NCBI RefSeq assembly: GCF_006345805.1
Contig: NC_043016.1
Coordinates: forward strand, 22,010,001-22,074,000
Source: Octopus sinensis
Taxonomy: Eukaryota
Direction of reading: 5' to 3'
DNA length: 64,000 bases
The notes beneath the pieces are model-generated. The model was not told where the DNA came from, searched no databases, and was given only the letters and a program-made list of their open reading frames with translations. Shown piece by piece: positions 38,478 through 52,739 of the stretch. How positions within the stretch are numbered: the first letter of the stretch is position 1; the number at the start of each line of letters is the position of its first letter. The position numbers and the translations under genes are program-made.

Positions 38478-40162
38478 GCACATGACAAACACCATCCGAT
38501 CGTGGCCGTCCGCCAGCCTCATCTAGCACCTGTGTCGGTGGCACATAAAAACACCATCCGAAGACCCGGCAAGACTAGTCAGGCCATAACCCATGGCCCC
38601 TACCTGGGACGTAGTCAGTCCACCTGTGCATACCTTCCTTCTTGTGACACTTGTGAAGACCTGTTGAGGCAAGTGAAAATCAAAATCAAAACAAATCAAA
38701 ATAGATGAACATCAATGGAATCTGTATCTTTGTGGTACCAGTGCCGGTGGCACACAAGAGAACCATCCGAACGTGGCCGTAGCCAGTTCTGCATCGACCG
38801 GCCTCCGTGCTGTGGGCACGTAACAAACACCATCTGATCATGGCCGTTCGCCAGCCTCATCTGGCACCTGTGTCGGTGGCACATAAAAACACCTTCCAAA
38901 GACCCGGCAAGACTAGTCAGTCCACCTGTGCATACCTTCCTTCTTGTGACACTTGTGAAGACCTGTTGAGGCAAGTGAAAATCAAATCAAATCAAAATAG
39001 ATGAACATCAATGGAATTTGTATCTTTGTGGTACCAGTGCCTGTGGCACACAAGAAATCCATCCGAACGTGGCCATAGTCAGTACCGCATCGACTGGCCA
39101 TCGTGCTGTGGGCACATAACAAACACCATCCGATCGTGGCCGTTCGCCAGCCTCATCTAGCACCTGTGTCGGTGGCACATAAAAACACCATCCGAAGACC
39201 CGGCAAGACTAGTCAGGCCATATCTCATGGCCCCTACCTGGGACGTAGTCAGTCCACCTGTGCATACCTTCCTCCTTGTGATACTTGTGAAGGCCTGTTG
39301 AGGCAAGTGAAAATCAAAATGAAATCAAAACAAATCAAATCAAATCAAATCAAAACAAATCAAAATAGATGAACATTAATGGAATTGTATCTTGTGGTAC
39401 CAGTGCCGGTGGCACACAAGAAAACCATCCGAACGTGGCCGTAGCCAGTACCGCACCGACTGGCCTCCGTGCTGTGGGCACGTAACAAACACCATCCGAT
39501 CGTGGCCGTTCGCCAGCCTCATCTGGCACCTGTGTCGGTGGCACATAAAAACACCATCCGAAGACCCGGCAAGACTAGTCAGGCCATAACCTGTGGCCCC
39601 TACCTGGGACGTAGTCAGTCCACCTGTGCATACCTTCCTTCTTGTGACACTTGTGAAGACCTGTGAGGCAAGTGAAAATCAAAACAAATCAAAATAGATG
39701 AACATCAATGGAATTTGTATCTTTGTGGTACCAGTGCCGGTGGCACGTGGCACACAAGAAAACCATCCGAACGTGGCCGTAGCCAGTACCGCATCGACTG
39801 GCCTCCGTGCTGTGGGCACGTAACAAACACCATCCGATCGTGGCCGTTTGCCAGCCTCATCTGGCACCTGTGTCGGTGGCACATAAAAACACCATCCGAG
39901 CGTGGCCGTCTGCCAGCCTCGTCTGGCACCTGTGTCGGTGGCACATAAAAACACCATCCGAGCGTGGCCGTTTGCCAGCCTCGTCTGGCACCTGTGTCGG
40001 TGGCACATAAAACCACCCACTACACTCTCGGAGTGGTTGGCGTTAGGAAGGGCATCCAGCTGTAGAAACACTGCCAGATCTGACTGGACTGGTGCAGCTT
40101 TCGGGCTCCCCAGACCCCAGTTGAACCGTCCAACCCATGCTAGCATGGAAAGCGGACGTTAA

Positions 40163-40195
<33 letters not shown>
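38478..40195 (+). repeat. Higher-order tandem array of RTE 3' UTR sequence ending in a normal RTE tail
   Basis: Units start (acaaacaccatc) at 38485, 38823, 39119, 39485 and 39823 (periods 338, 296, 366, 338). Three ~62-bp subunits follow, then ggaagggcatccagctg...(gat)n. Confidence 0.9.
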
Positions 40196-40227
<32 letters not shown>

Positions 40228-41787
40228 CAGGGTGCATAAGATATTTGAGGACATACCTTTTGGGGTCATTGCTGCATTTTTACTAATTCTGTGTAATCTT
40301 TGTTTCAGAAAATAATAATGGCAGAGCCTCAACTTACTCAAGAGATGAAGAGGCATGCTGTTATTGTGGTTATAAAGGCTAAGCATAGCAATTTAGAAAT
40401 ATCTCAATTCTTAAAAGTTTCTAGATCTTTCATCTACAAAGTTTGTAAGGAACTGCTAGAGACTGGAGGTGGAAACATATCACCAGTATCAAAGCATAGA
40501 AAGCATTCTAAATGCTCTGAAATCATCAGAACATCTGGATTTATCCAGCAAGTTCAACAGACCATTGATTACAATCCCAGAAAGTCTATGAGATCAATTG
40601 CAAAAGATCTCTGTGTCAGAAGGAACAGTCAGAAATGTTGTCGATGAAGACATCAGATATATCTTATATGATGAGGAAAGGTCAATTTGTCAGAAAAAGC
40701 AAAAGAAAATCACTACATTAGATCTAAAAGTTCTTAAATAAACTGAAAAATTCAGCAGAAGATTTGATTTGGTTTTTCTCAAATGAGGAAAACTTTGACC
40801 AAGATCAAAAAGTTAACAGAAGCAGTGACAGATGGTTATATGCAGACCCTTCTGAAGTTCTAAGCATTATGCATACAAAATTTCCTGCAACTGTCATGGT
40901 TTTAGGGGTTGTCAGCAATGGACATGTGATGCCTCCTTACTTCTTTCCACAAGGCCTTAATGTTAACTCTGCCGCCTACACTGAGGTCTTGGAAATAACT
41001 GTTAAGCCCAGGATAGACAGTGTATGCAATGGAATGCCATATGTGGTTCAGTACAACATAACCCCTAACATTTGGCCTCCTAATTCCCCAGATCTCAATC
41101 CATTGGACTATTACATGTGCAGTGTTGTTGAAAGAGGGGCCAATGAACATGCTCATAACACCAAAGATTCTTTGAAAGCTGCCATAGTCAGAGTAATGTC
41201 CAAAATGATCCAGGACCACTTGATTCAAGCATGTAGATGATTTAGATCTCATATAGAAGCAGCTGTTAAAGTTGAAGGTGGTTTTATTGAATTACATTAT
41301 AGAAAAGGTTTATTGTTATCCTCATAGTATCTTTTGATATTATATTCTTTTACTTGTTTCAGTCATGTGACTGTGGCCATGCAGGAGCACCACCTTTTAG
41401 TCGAGAAAATCGACCCCAGGACTTATTCTTTGTAAGCTTAGTACTTATTCTATTGGTCTCTTTTGCTGAACCGCTAAGTTACGGAGACATAAACACTCCA
41501 ACATCGGTTGTCAAGCGATGTTGGGGGTACAAACACAGACACACAAACACACACACACATATATATACATATATATGACAGGCTTCTTTCAGTTTCCATC
41601 TACTAAATCCACTCACAAGGCATTGGTCAGACTGAGGCTATAGTAGAAGACACTTACCCAAGGTCCCACGCAGTGGGACTGAACCCGGAACCATTTAGTT
41701 TGTAAGCAAGCTACTTACCACACAGCCACTCCTATGTCTATATATTTATTTTTTAAACATAAATCTGTCCTCAAATATATTTGTATC
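40228..41787 (+). mobile_element. Tc1/mariner-superfamily (maT/DD37D-like) transposon relic
   Basis: TA|cagggtgcataagatatttgaggaca left TIR; degenerate right TIR tgtcctcaaatat at 41766. Frameshifted transposase with an HTH region, FFSNEENF (first D mutated), TKFPATVMVLG and WPPNSPDLNPLDY. The second-D region is deleted and a SINE is nested inside. Confidence 0.85.
41346..41740 (-). mobile_element. tRNA-derived SINE nested in the maT element
   Basis: Same family as 8544-8917. Confidence 0.9.
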
Positions 41788-43615
41788 TACTTTTATTAAA
41801 GCTGCAATATTATCACAAAACTGTGATAATTTTGCAGCTTTAATAAAAGCATATTACACTACCTTTGGTATTCAAGTACTATTTTTTCCACCTTGCCTTG
41901 CACTTATGTGCTCACCTGTGTGTGTGTGTGTGTGTGTGTGTAAAACTACATAAAAACAAATAAGAACAACTCATCTACACTATTGGCAAGACAGATGTAA
42001 ATTATGTTTCTCTCTTCCTAGTCAAATTCTTATGTATTTCTGGGACAGGAGGCAATACATTTTTTTTTGTTTTATTTTTATTTTTACCTAGAGTAGACAT
42101 TTGTTCAGTGACTTTTTCTTGTTGGCCACACTAACAAAGCAAGCTGTTATTAAAATTATGACTGTCACTACTTGTGAACCTTGTCAAAGTACAAATGTCT
42201 ACTTCTGTAAATGCTTTCATCAATGTAACTGTCAGTTTCTTTTATTTTCTATATTTTAAATGTGTAGAATGTTTTTCTGAGGTGGGATGAAGATGTAAAT
42301 ATTGCAACTATTTTTTGTAGAAGTTTCATCATAGAACCAATTCAATGGATGCCATATTTCAAAATATTTTTTTGAAAATTGTCTGACGGCGAAAATATTC
42401 ATGATGGAAAGTGATTTTCTCCAAAATAAGGGTAAAAATGGCCCCACATAAATGTAGCACACACAGAAAAAAAATCATCCAATTTAGAAAGTAATTCAAT
42501 GGTTTTTTTTTTATATTCTTATTCTGAAACTTTGTCACAATCAACTTCAGTAACTACCACACATATATAGGCTCTTCAGAAGACCTGTGTACTAGTATGT
42601 ACTAGTATGATGAAAGATTCTGATTTCAAAGCTTGTTGAGGAGAAATAGTTATTACCCTTAACTAGTCATGTAACTATATAGAACATTGATTTTCAAGCT
42701 ACAGCACACTGAATAAATGATAAAAGTATTGTGATACTCCATCCATTATTTTAATGGTAGTTTGTTAAAGGGAGATGTGGCCGCTGTAAATGAATTAGGT
42801 CAAATGGTTAAATAGAAGCTCCATCACTGTCCTGTGTGTTTATTATTTTAAAATCAGTAGGTAGTTTGTCGAGGGAGCTTTAGCTGCAAATGATTTGATG
42901 TTCCTCATTAAATCATGCAGACTCTATTTGAAAAACAGCTCAGAGTTTGTTGAGAGGAGCCTTAGCTATCATGTGACAAGGTTGTAAAGGGAATATCAGA
43001 GATGTGATGACTGAGTTTTATATATTTATATATTCATAAGTTAAAGTAATCTGTACCAATTATAAAGAATGTCAGCCTGAAAGCCTATCATTAGAATTAC
43101 ATAAAACACAATTCTATATGTAGTTGGTATAGCTGTATGTGTGTGTGTGTATTACAGTGAGTTGCCTAATATGGTGATGTACAAGGTGGGCTATACAGCC
43201 TGAAACTGGGCACACAAAATTTGTAGCAACTACAGAAGCATTTATATATTTAGAAAAACCTGTTTTCACACTCTGAATGCAAAGTGTTAGAAACAGGAAT
43301 CTGTTACCGTTAGATTATTTAAACTTCATGATACCGTGTAAAATACACCATAAAAATCCACGGAAAGAAGTAAATTATTTCTTACAGATTTTCTTTTCTT
43401 GTGAATACATTTGGATCAGTACACAAAAGGCTGTAGTCGTTAGCTGTTTTACAGTAGTAAGGGGAAAATAACAATGGCAAAATCCGTGCACTTTTAGTAA
43501 TAATTGCATATGTTGTGGATATTAAGAAGAAGTTATTTGCTATAAATAGAAAGATGTGCAGTGTCTGAAAGTAGAAACAACTGACCCCTTGTTTCCAAGA
43601 GGGTTTGTATTTATA

Positions 43616-43878
43616 TGAGGTGGTATCAAAGAGTTCCTGGACCAGTTATGCTTAATAAAAAAATAACTTATTCACTCTTTTACTTGTTTCAGTCATTTGA
43701 CTGCGGCCATGCTGGAGCACCGCCTTTAGTTGAGCAAATCGACCCCGGGACTTATTCTTTGTAAGCCCAGTACTTATTCTATCGGTCTCTTTGCCGAACC
43801 GCTAAGTTACTGGGACGTAAACACACCAGCATCGGTTGTCAAGCAATGCTAGGGGGACAAACACAGACACACAAACAT

Positions 43879-43911
<33 letters not shown>

Positions 43912-44800
43912 CAGATATACGATGGGTTTCTTTCAGTTTCCGTCTATCAAATCCACTCACAAGGCTTTGGTCGGCCCGAGGCTATAGTAGAAGACACTTG
44001 CCCAAGGTGCCATGCAGTGGGACTGAACCCGGAACCATGTGGTTGGTAAGCAGGCTACTTACCACACAGCCACTCCTGCGCCTATACTTAAGTTTTAACA
44101 TCACCTCCTTCAAAATAGTCATCTTATGTAGCAATACATAGGTCCCAGCCTTCCAGCCATTTTTCGAATCCGGCCTGGAAGTTGTTTCCCATAAGCAAGT
44201 TGAAGACCTTCTGCGATTTGCTCTGGATTTCAACAATGGTGTTAAAATGGCTACTTTTGAGCTGCATTTTCATCTTGGGGATGAGATGGAAGTCTGCAGG
44301 TGAAATGGACAAGTGCAGAAGTGATACCATATTGTTTTGGGCAAGTGATGGGAGCTCAGTGACAGTGTCTATTGTTGTTATGAAGAAGCCAGTTCTTCAT
44401 GTCCTGCAGATCTGGTCACTTTTGTTGAATGTCCTCTTTCAAATGCTTCAAAACATCACAGTTGAACTCTCAATTAACGGTCTGGCCCTGGGGGGACAAA
44501 TTCTTAATGCACAATACCGCAGATGTTGAAAAAAACAATGAGCATGCTCTTGATTGAGCTGCAGCTCTGTCATACCATCTTCAGTCATGGAGATGAAGGG
44601 CTCTTCCATTGTGACAACTACTACTTCATTTCAGGGTTGTACTCATAGGCCTAACTCTTGTCACTGGTGATGATCCTTGATATGAAGGATAGGTCATCAG
44701 TGACACACTAATGGAGATCCTGACCGACTTCAATGCAATGTTCTTTCTGCTCAGTAGTTAGCAAGACAGACTTGGTCAGTGGTCAGTAGGACAAACTTGG
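43616..44800 (-). mobile_element. mariner (DD34D-like) transposon relic, 5'-truncated
   Basis: TA|tgaggtggtatcaaagagttcctggac terminal repeat. Minus-strand IITSDKS*AYEYNPEMK (ITGDETW.Y.Y.PE) and SPADFHLIPKMKMQLK..HF...FEKWLEGWDLCI. Confidence 0.8.
43673..44085 (-). mobile_element. tRNA-derived SINE nested in the mariner relic
   Basis: Same family as 8544-8917. Confidence 0.9.
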
Positions 44801-45803
44801 CCAAGTAATAATTTTAGAAGTTGTATTCATTGCCTTTGTTGTACCCCACTCTCAAGACTGGTAAGATAGACAAAGTTGATCTTAAGAATGTTTTTGAAAG
44901 GTCATAGAACAGTGTATTTAAGGACATTTGGGAGTTTGTTGCAATGAATAACTGTAACACTTGGCTGGCCAAATAACAACATAAAACAATGATTTTTAAG
45001 ATTTTCTTTTCCAATCCACTGCTCAATGAATAAAATGCTAAAAGTGTTATGGTACATTATCAGATTTTCAAAAATTGTCTAAAATTGTTTTCAAATGGAG
45101 AGAAGGATACACATTGCACTTTGTTACAAAAAGAATGCTCAAACAGTAATGCAATGCATTAAAAAATTTTGCTGCATTAAAAAGTTTTATCAACTCTTGA
45201 CAGAGGAATTCCTTAACAGACTAATGCAGTCCCCACTTCAACACATTTAGGGTTTAAATGTGAGTGTTTGTCTACTACATTGAATAATGTCAAGTGACAA
45301 CAGAAAAATCTTGCTTAAAGATTACTTTTGGTCCCTGTTTTAAAGGCAATAGAACATTTATTAAAGAAAATTTAGTAGTTATATTGAGATTTTAAATATT
45401 TGATGATACTGTATGTAATATATGTGCATTGCTAGGGTGGGGAGGATTTGTCAGTCTGTAGAACAAGCTGATCTCATGCTCTGTTCAGACTTTCTCAACT
45501 CACTTGTCCTTTTCCTCAGCTATGATGTGCCCGACTCCTAGACCTTGCACTAACTTTTACACCCAGTCTCTTCTTCCCAAAATGCTGGCACCTGGAATTC
45601 TCTCCTTGCACATGCTTTTCTGCTATCATCAATAGCAACAATTTAAGCATCAATTTTACTGATTTTGAAGGGCCTGCAAAAAAACCCTAAGCACAGTTGT
45701 CTCTTCCAAACCAAGCTAAAAAGAACAAATAGGATCATGTAGGCCCTATTTTGACGAGAGATTTAGTGGAGACATTGAAAACAAGTCAATAGACATTATA
45801 GGA

Positions 45804-46056
45804 CAGTATTTCTCAACCATTTTTACCTATGAACCCTTTTGATTCCTATTTTACTCAGATGGACCCTCATAGCCATTCAATGTTTAAAAGAATTTTATTG
45901 TTTTTATAATTAAATATTTTTGGAAACTGTATTTTAAAAATTGTTAAAACATTTTGTGTATTGCAGAAGTATAACCAATTTATTGCAGATAAATTTTAAC
46001 CGCAAAATCTTATGAGGACTCTGAAGGGCCATGTGGACCCCAGTTGAAAACCACTA
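45804..46056. mobile_element. hAT (Charlie-like) MITE with a perfect 8-bp TSD
   Basis: Termini cagtatttctcaac / gttgaaaaccacta; TSD TTATAGGA at 45796-45803 and 46057-46064. Confidence 0.9.
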
Positions 46057-47310
46057 TTATAGGAGTTCCCATGTTAGGTGATGTGGTCTCTATTTTGAAG
46101 AGTCTTCTGTTCTAATTCTCTTCACATTTAGAATACCTTACAGAAGTATTTTACGAATCCCAGCAGAATTTGAAATCAGAACTTTAAAAACTGTCATGAA
46201 ATATTGCAAACATGATTTATTATGCTGCACAAATCATAAAGAGATGTTCATGCATTATGATATACATGTAGAATCAACAAGATGAAAATAGTGTAGTACA
46301 ACACGTGAAAAAAATGGCTATCCAAGGTTTACCACTGGGGCTGGTTTTACCATGATGAAAATATGTGTAGTATCATGTATGCCTGACAGTTACATATGAG
46401 TTGAGCATATAGTCAATTGAAAGGCAGAGGAGGAGTGTGTATTATGTAACACTCTCAAGAATACATTCGTTTGGCAGGAGTGGAGATTATGTTCTAGTCC
46501 AATATCTCTAACACTCTACAAATTGGCACTTTTAGCTACTCTTTTTACAGGCTATGTTCAGGGAACCATCTAGAACAATCTGGGGAAGCTATCATATGAA
46601 CAATAGCCACTGATTAAACATTAGCTCAGCTGCACACATAATCAATCCATTGTTATGTTGTGGTTTGAAATTTGTAATGAAACAATGCGAGTTCGCATCC
46701 TGCTACACAGTTAAATAGGATAATCAGATACTGATGAAATTCCAACACAGGATTGAAATCTACAGCTGGCCCCTCATTCCCCTACATGGGAATCCAAGAA
46801 AAGAATTAGGGACTTAAAAGAAGGAATTATAATCAAAAGATATTTAGAAAGTATTGAAAAAGAAAAGAATAATATTACAAATAAAATGCAGTCATGTTTT
46901 CCTTTAATTTTGATATTTTTACAATCTGGTTTCTATTACAAACCAGATCTGAGGTATTTCCTTAGAATATTGAGAACACTAGTTCCACCATATGTGTATG
47001 CAATATACTTCGTGTGTACGTACCACGGACCTATAAATTTATAAAAGAAAACATGGCCTTGTATCGTTATATTTTGATAATTCTCTTTATTTGATATCAA
47101 TTACGTATGAAAACGAGTGCGTGTAATTTTTTCTCGTTCAACGAAACTACTTGCTCTACCTATGACTTCGAAAGCATAATAAAAGTATGAAGCCTCACTT
47201 TCTTTCGAAGCTATAAAGATATTCTCTTTACTATCAATTTCGTTTCATTTGTTCCAGCCTTTCTGGTTCTCTACATACCTTCTGTTGACAATGTCTATTT
47301 TATATAGAAA

Positions 47311-47733
47311 CTGGCAGTATCGCCCGGCGTTGCTCGGGTTTGTTTCGACCCTTTAGAATTGGATTTTTTGAAAAGTAAAAATTTTGCATTATATAGCTTG
47401 TTATTCTCTTTGAGTGAACATTTTTCTGGTTGAAATACACCGAAAAATGGCGACACAGCAGTCAAAAAATCATAAAAAATAGGGATTTTCCTAGAAAAAA
47501 AGCACCTTTTTGATGTAGATAATTTTTGGTGTTAACATGGTCCGATTTGAATTTTTTTCATCTACGGAAGGAAGAGCAAGCCTTCTTCTATCAAATTCTC
47601 AATTTTGGTCAACTTGCGCCGCAGGGTCTCGGAGGAGATAGTGTTAGTTGAAGGCTACCAAACCTTGATTTTTTTATTATCCATAAAGACATACATAGAA
47701 TGGATGATACAATCAGCTTTATATATAGAGAGA
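47311..47733 (-). mobile_element. Non-autonomous Helitron (family A), second copy
   Basis: Reverse complement of 23862-24248. The terminal CTAG is mutated to CCAG and part of the 5' interior differs. Confidence 0.85.
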
Positions 47734-48307
47734 TTACTGAGTGTGTGTGTTTGCAGCCAACATATTCGCAATTAGTTTCCCTTGTTTCGTTTCGGCCATC
47801 TACTTGTTTCCCAATATCTATGAATGCTCACATTTACCAGTTTATCTTTTTCCATTCCGCCTTCTGAGTTTTTGCGATTTTCTTTTTTTTTTCTTCTTTT
47901 CACCTGAAATATTCGTTTCGTTTCTTTACAACTATTTCTTCTTATATATTTCCCATTTTTTATTGGTACTAATTAAACATACATATGATAGGGGTGTAGG
48001 CAAGCTATAAACGTGCGTGTATGCATTTGTAACTCCTTCAACCAGTTTCTGTTTTCTAAAACACCATGTTTTTTTTCGTTTCGTTTCATTTTGATCATTT
48101 CCTCTGTCGAAGTTTTCATTTGTTTTTACCCCATCTTCAAACTTTGTTTTCCTCGTCACCTCCTCCTTCTAATAGCTATTGTTGATGAAACCTGTTTCGT
48201 TTCGTTCCAGTTTACCTATTCTCTCTGAAACACTTTCTGCTTTTACTCGTCCTTACCTCATTCTCAAACCGTCTGCTACTCTTCCTCTCACTCAAACTAC
48301 ATGTAAC

Positions 48308-48345
<38 letters not shown>

Positions 48346-48764
48346 CTATCTCTTTCTCTCTACTGTCAACCTCACTATAGCTCGCGTTATTTCTCTGTTA
48401 TTGTCACCTTACTCAGTAACCGACTTCATATAAAATCTGTATCAGACTTTCCTTAACCGAAACTCTTTACATTACTCTGCTGTCCTGATTGGCTTTTATG
48501 TTATTTATTTATACATAATACAAGTTAAATAACTGTGTCATCGAGCTGGTGTCGACTATAACGTAACACCCACCCTCAAAAAATTTCTTGTCTATATTAT
48601 TAATCATCATTAATTACCTGGCTGTTAATTAATACGATGATGATTAGAATGATGATTCTGGGAGCCGAACTTGAACCTGAAACCTCTGTTACTGTGTAAG
48701 TTTGCTAAATTACTTTTTTGATCCAATTACGTTTATATGTTTATGTGTTTGAGTGTGTGTGTAT

Positions 48765-48795
<31 letters not shown>

Positions 48796-49911
48796 CGCGT
48801 GTGTGCGTGCGTATGTGTGCGTGCGTATATACACCCACACATACTTTTATATGTTTGTTCTACCAAAGCTGTATTATCATATGTGTGTGTTGTTATTTAG
48901 TTCCATTGGTGATCCAGCAGATGTAAGATCAAAGATATTCCGTCTGTGACCACAATGTTTTTAAATTTAGATAGTATATCATCTTGGACTACATTGTAAT
49001 TGATGTTCTAAATGTGTCTTGTCTTTTATTTCGAACATAGTATATCCCGAACTAAATTATCTGTGTCCTTTTTTGGTGCTTGCTAATTATTATTGTTCAG
49101 CCTCAGTCAGTCCTGAACCAGCTGACCTAGGATTAAAGTTTTCCAACCGTAACCATCCTATTATTTATTAAGGCACAGGGTATATAATACATTTTCTACT
49201 TATTGCTTAGCCATATGATAGTCCTAATCTAACATACCTATGATAAAGACGTTCCAACATGACCACCCGTATTTTATTCATTTATTAAAAACACTAGTCG
49301 GTGTGGGTTTTTCTTAAAAACCTTAGTTTGATTCACGGGACGTTTCAGAATTTGATGTAGAGGCTGTCTCGTTGGTTTGTATTTCTAGTAAGAAAGACCA
49401 TTGGGGTTCAATAAGTTCAATTGTCATTTCAGACCTTGACCTTCGTTTGAGAAAGAACGAAATGAACTTAACCAGCAACTTGCCCAAGGTACCGCACAGT
49501 GAGTTCCAGTTCGTAACCATACTGCCACACGCACTAGGGTATGATCTGAATGTTAAAGATTTCCTCCAATTTTCCTCACTTCATACATTTTTTTTTTTTA
49601 CCTGGTCTTCTATATGAGTCAAAAACGAAAGATTGCCATATATATATCGTTACTGGCTTCAGTCATTGGACTGCGACCATGGTAGTAGCATTGCGTCGGC
49701 CGCAGTGTTTAACTGGTGCCTATTTTTTCAACGTGCCAATTATTGTTTCATTGTAATTCCGAATGACAACTCGGTTGAAACGAATACCACAAGATATTTT
49801 TTCGAGTGCACCGGTTTATATATATAAAGAAAAAGGAGGTTAGCGCTCACATCATGTTTCGGAGAATCATCCGATATGATATTTTTACAGAAAATTTATG
49901 CCTTATTTCAT

Positions 49912-51150
49912 ATATCATCATCGTCATTTAACGTCTGTTGTTCATGCTGGCATGGTTTGGATGGTTTGACCAGGACTGGTAAACTGAAGGGCTACACCTG
50001 TCTCCAGTCTGATTTGGTGTGGTTGCAACGGTTGGATGCTCTTCCTAACGCTAATCCTTCCGAAAGAGTAATGGGTGCTTTTACGTGTCACCAGTCACGT
50101 GACACCAGTATCTGTCACGACTACGTTTTCACTTGGCTTGGTGGGTCTTCTTCTCAAGCACAGCATATTGTCAAAGGTTTTGATCATCTGTCATAGCCTC
50201 TTTGAGGCCCAACACTCGAAAGGTGCTTATACATGAAATCAGCATCTTCCACATTGCCTCCATGAGTACCAACATTTGAAAAATGTTTTTTATGTGCCAC
50301 TGGTATGGGTGCCAGTTACATAACACCAATAACAGCCACAACTATGATTTCACTTGGCTTCACAGGTCTTCTTATGCATGGCATATCATGAGAGGTCTCA
50401 GTCACTAGTCGTTGACTCCATGAGACCCAATGTTCAAAGATCATGCTTCACCACCTCGTCCCATGTCTCCCTGGGTCTACCACTTCCACAGCTTCCCCCC
50501 ACTGTTAGAGATCAGCACTTCTTTAAACAGCTGTCCATATTCATCCGCATCACATGACCATACCAACACATTTGTCTCTCTTTTATACCACATCTGATGC
50601 CTCTTATACCCAACTTTTCTCTCAAAATGCTTACACTCTGTCATACATACACACTAACATTGCACATCCAGTAAATCATACTAGCTTCAGTTCTTTCAAG
50701 TCTAGTATGTCCTCGGTAGTCACAGACCATGTTTCACTGTCATGTAGCATAGCTGTTTGCATACAGGCATCATACAATCTGCCTTTCTCTCTGAGGAAAA
50801 TGCCCTTTGTTACCAACAGAGATAGGAGCTCATCCCCACTGGCATTTGATTGAGTCTATTTTCTGTACATTTCTAATGTTTATTGTACCTGTGCACCTTC
50901 CACACACAAAAACTAGTTTCCTTGTTAACCTTCCTCTGATATTGCTGCACCTCTTATGTGTCCATAGCTTACACTGGGTACATCTCATGGAGTTATTACC
51001 TACGTCTTTTCTACAGATCAAGCAGGGCCATCTACCTGAAGGGATTTGTGATTCGTCTGCTTTACTGCTTACTAAGACTTTGGTTTTTGCTAGGTTAACT
51101 CTAAGGCTGTTTGATTCTAGACCTTGCTTCCTCACCCAAAATTTCATCTT
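49912..51150 (-). mobile_element. RTE LINE 3' fragment with a post-RT Cys-rich (PHD-like) finger
   Basis: ORF 50830-51252: LRVNLAKTKVLVS...WPCLICRKDVGNNSMRCTQCKLWTHKRCSNIRGRL...FVCGRC. It continues with KGRLYDAC...SETW, WYGHVMRM and GRPRETW, then the (gat)n tail at 49912. Confidence 0.85.
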
Positions 51151-52250
51151 TAGTTTTAGTAGTGGTTCGGCTGTGTGTGTGTTAAAAAATCTGGAGTTGA
51201 ATGGGAGAGAGAATGTTCTTTTATCTATATGTATGCATACATATGTGTGCATGGTGAATTTTTGGAGGCTTGGTAACAGGGAGAAAAAAAGAAAAGAGAG
51301 ATAAAAACAACAGGGAATAAAGAGAAAACAGAGAGAGAAAGGGGTCTTTTTTTCGGGGATGGTTGAAATTGTATTGTATTCTTATGGTCAGTTGTTACAC
51401 AGCTTTTGAAGTTAATGATTCATCGTCATTGTATTCATCATCATCATTTAACATCCGTTTTCTATGCAGGCATGGGTTGGATGGTTTGACTGAAACTGGT
51501 ATGGCTAGGGGCTGATGTCGTTTCTAGCATGGTTTCTACAGCTGGATGCTCTTCCTTAGCACCAGCCATTCTACAGAGTGTATTAGGTGCTTTTTATATG
51601 GCGCCAGCTCCAGTGCTTTTGACATGCTACCAGCAGAAGTGCTTTTTATGTAGCACTAACACCAGTGATTTTTATGTGACACCAGCACTGGCATCAATTC
51701 TGCTGTGGTAAACAAGTCTTTTTGAGTACAGCAAAGTGTCAAAGATTTCAGTCAAGATATCAGTTTTGTCATAGTCATTATTTTGAAAGCATCTCTGTTA
51801 TTATATACATATTAACATGTGTGTAAATAGACATATATATATATTTACGCATGATATATGCAATATATAATATATACATATACACATACACATCCAACCA
51901 ATCATCCTCACAAATATAGACACATTATACATGTATGTGTGTATACATACATGCATATATACATATGTATACACACACACACATACATAATATTTGTGTG
52001 AGATTAATTGATATTTGAGTGAGTATATCTTTACATTTAAAATCCAGTTTGGATTTTTTGATCTTTTTGGATCTTTTGGATTTCTTTCATATTTCATAAT
52101 CATGACTGCATCCATACTTGCTTAAATTTATTATGAATCACTTTTTCAATCCTCCATTAACACTCTAACATTTTGATGGTATATAATAGATATATATACA
52201 TACATACAGATTATGTGTACATGTATATATGTGTGTGAGTGTGTGTGTAT

Positions 52251-52638
52251 ACTCTTTTACTTGTTTCAGTCATTTGACTGCGACCATGCTGGGGCACTGC
52301 CTTTAGTCGAGCAAATCGACCCTAGGACTTATTCTTTGTAAGCCTAGTACTTATTCTATCAGTCTTTTTTGCTGAACCGCTAAGTTATGGGGATGTAAAC
52401 ACACCAGCATCGGTTGTCAAGCGATGTTGGGGGACAAACACAGACACACATACACACACACACATATACATATATATATGGCAGGCTTCTTTCAGTTTCC
52501 GTCTACCACACTCACAAGGCTTTGGTTGGCCTGAGGCTATAGTAGAAGACTTTGCCCAAGGTGCCATGCAATGGGACTGAACCCAGAACCATGTGGTTGG
52601 CAAGCAAGCTACTTACCACACAGCCACTCCTACGCCTA
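52251..52638 (-). mobile_element. tRNA-derived SINE
   Basis: Same family as 8544-8917. Confidence 0.88.
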
Positions 52639-52739
52639 CTATATATATATGTGTGTGTATATATAAGTATATACACACACATATGCACACACAATCTGTA
52701 TGTATCTATGTTATTTACTATTAAAATGTTTTGAGTTTT

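Noticed and set aside
38478-40195. CRISPR-like repeat/spacer appearance
   Set aside because: The 'spacers' are themselves repeated, the array ends in an RTE tail, the context is eukaryotic and there are no cas genes.
46732-46770. CTGATGA-stem-GAAA hammerhead-like match
   Set aside because: No stem III/NUH triplet or stem I partner after GAAA.
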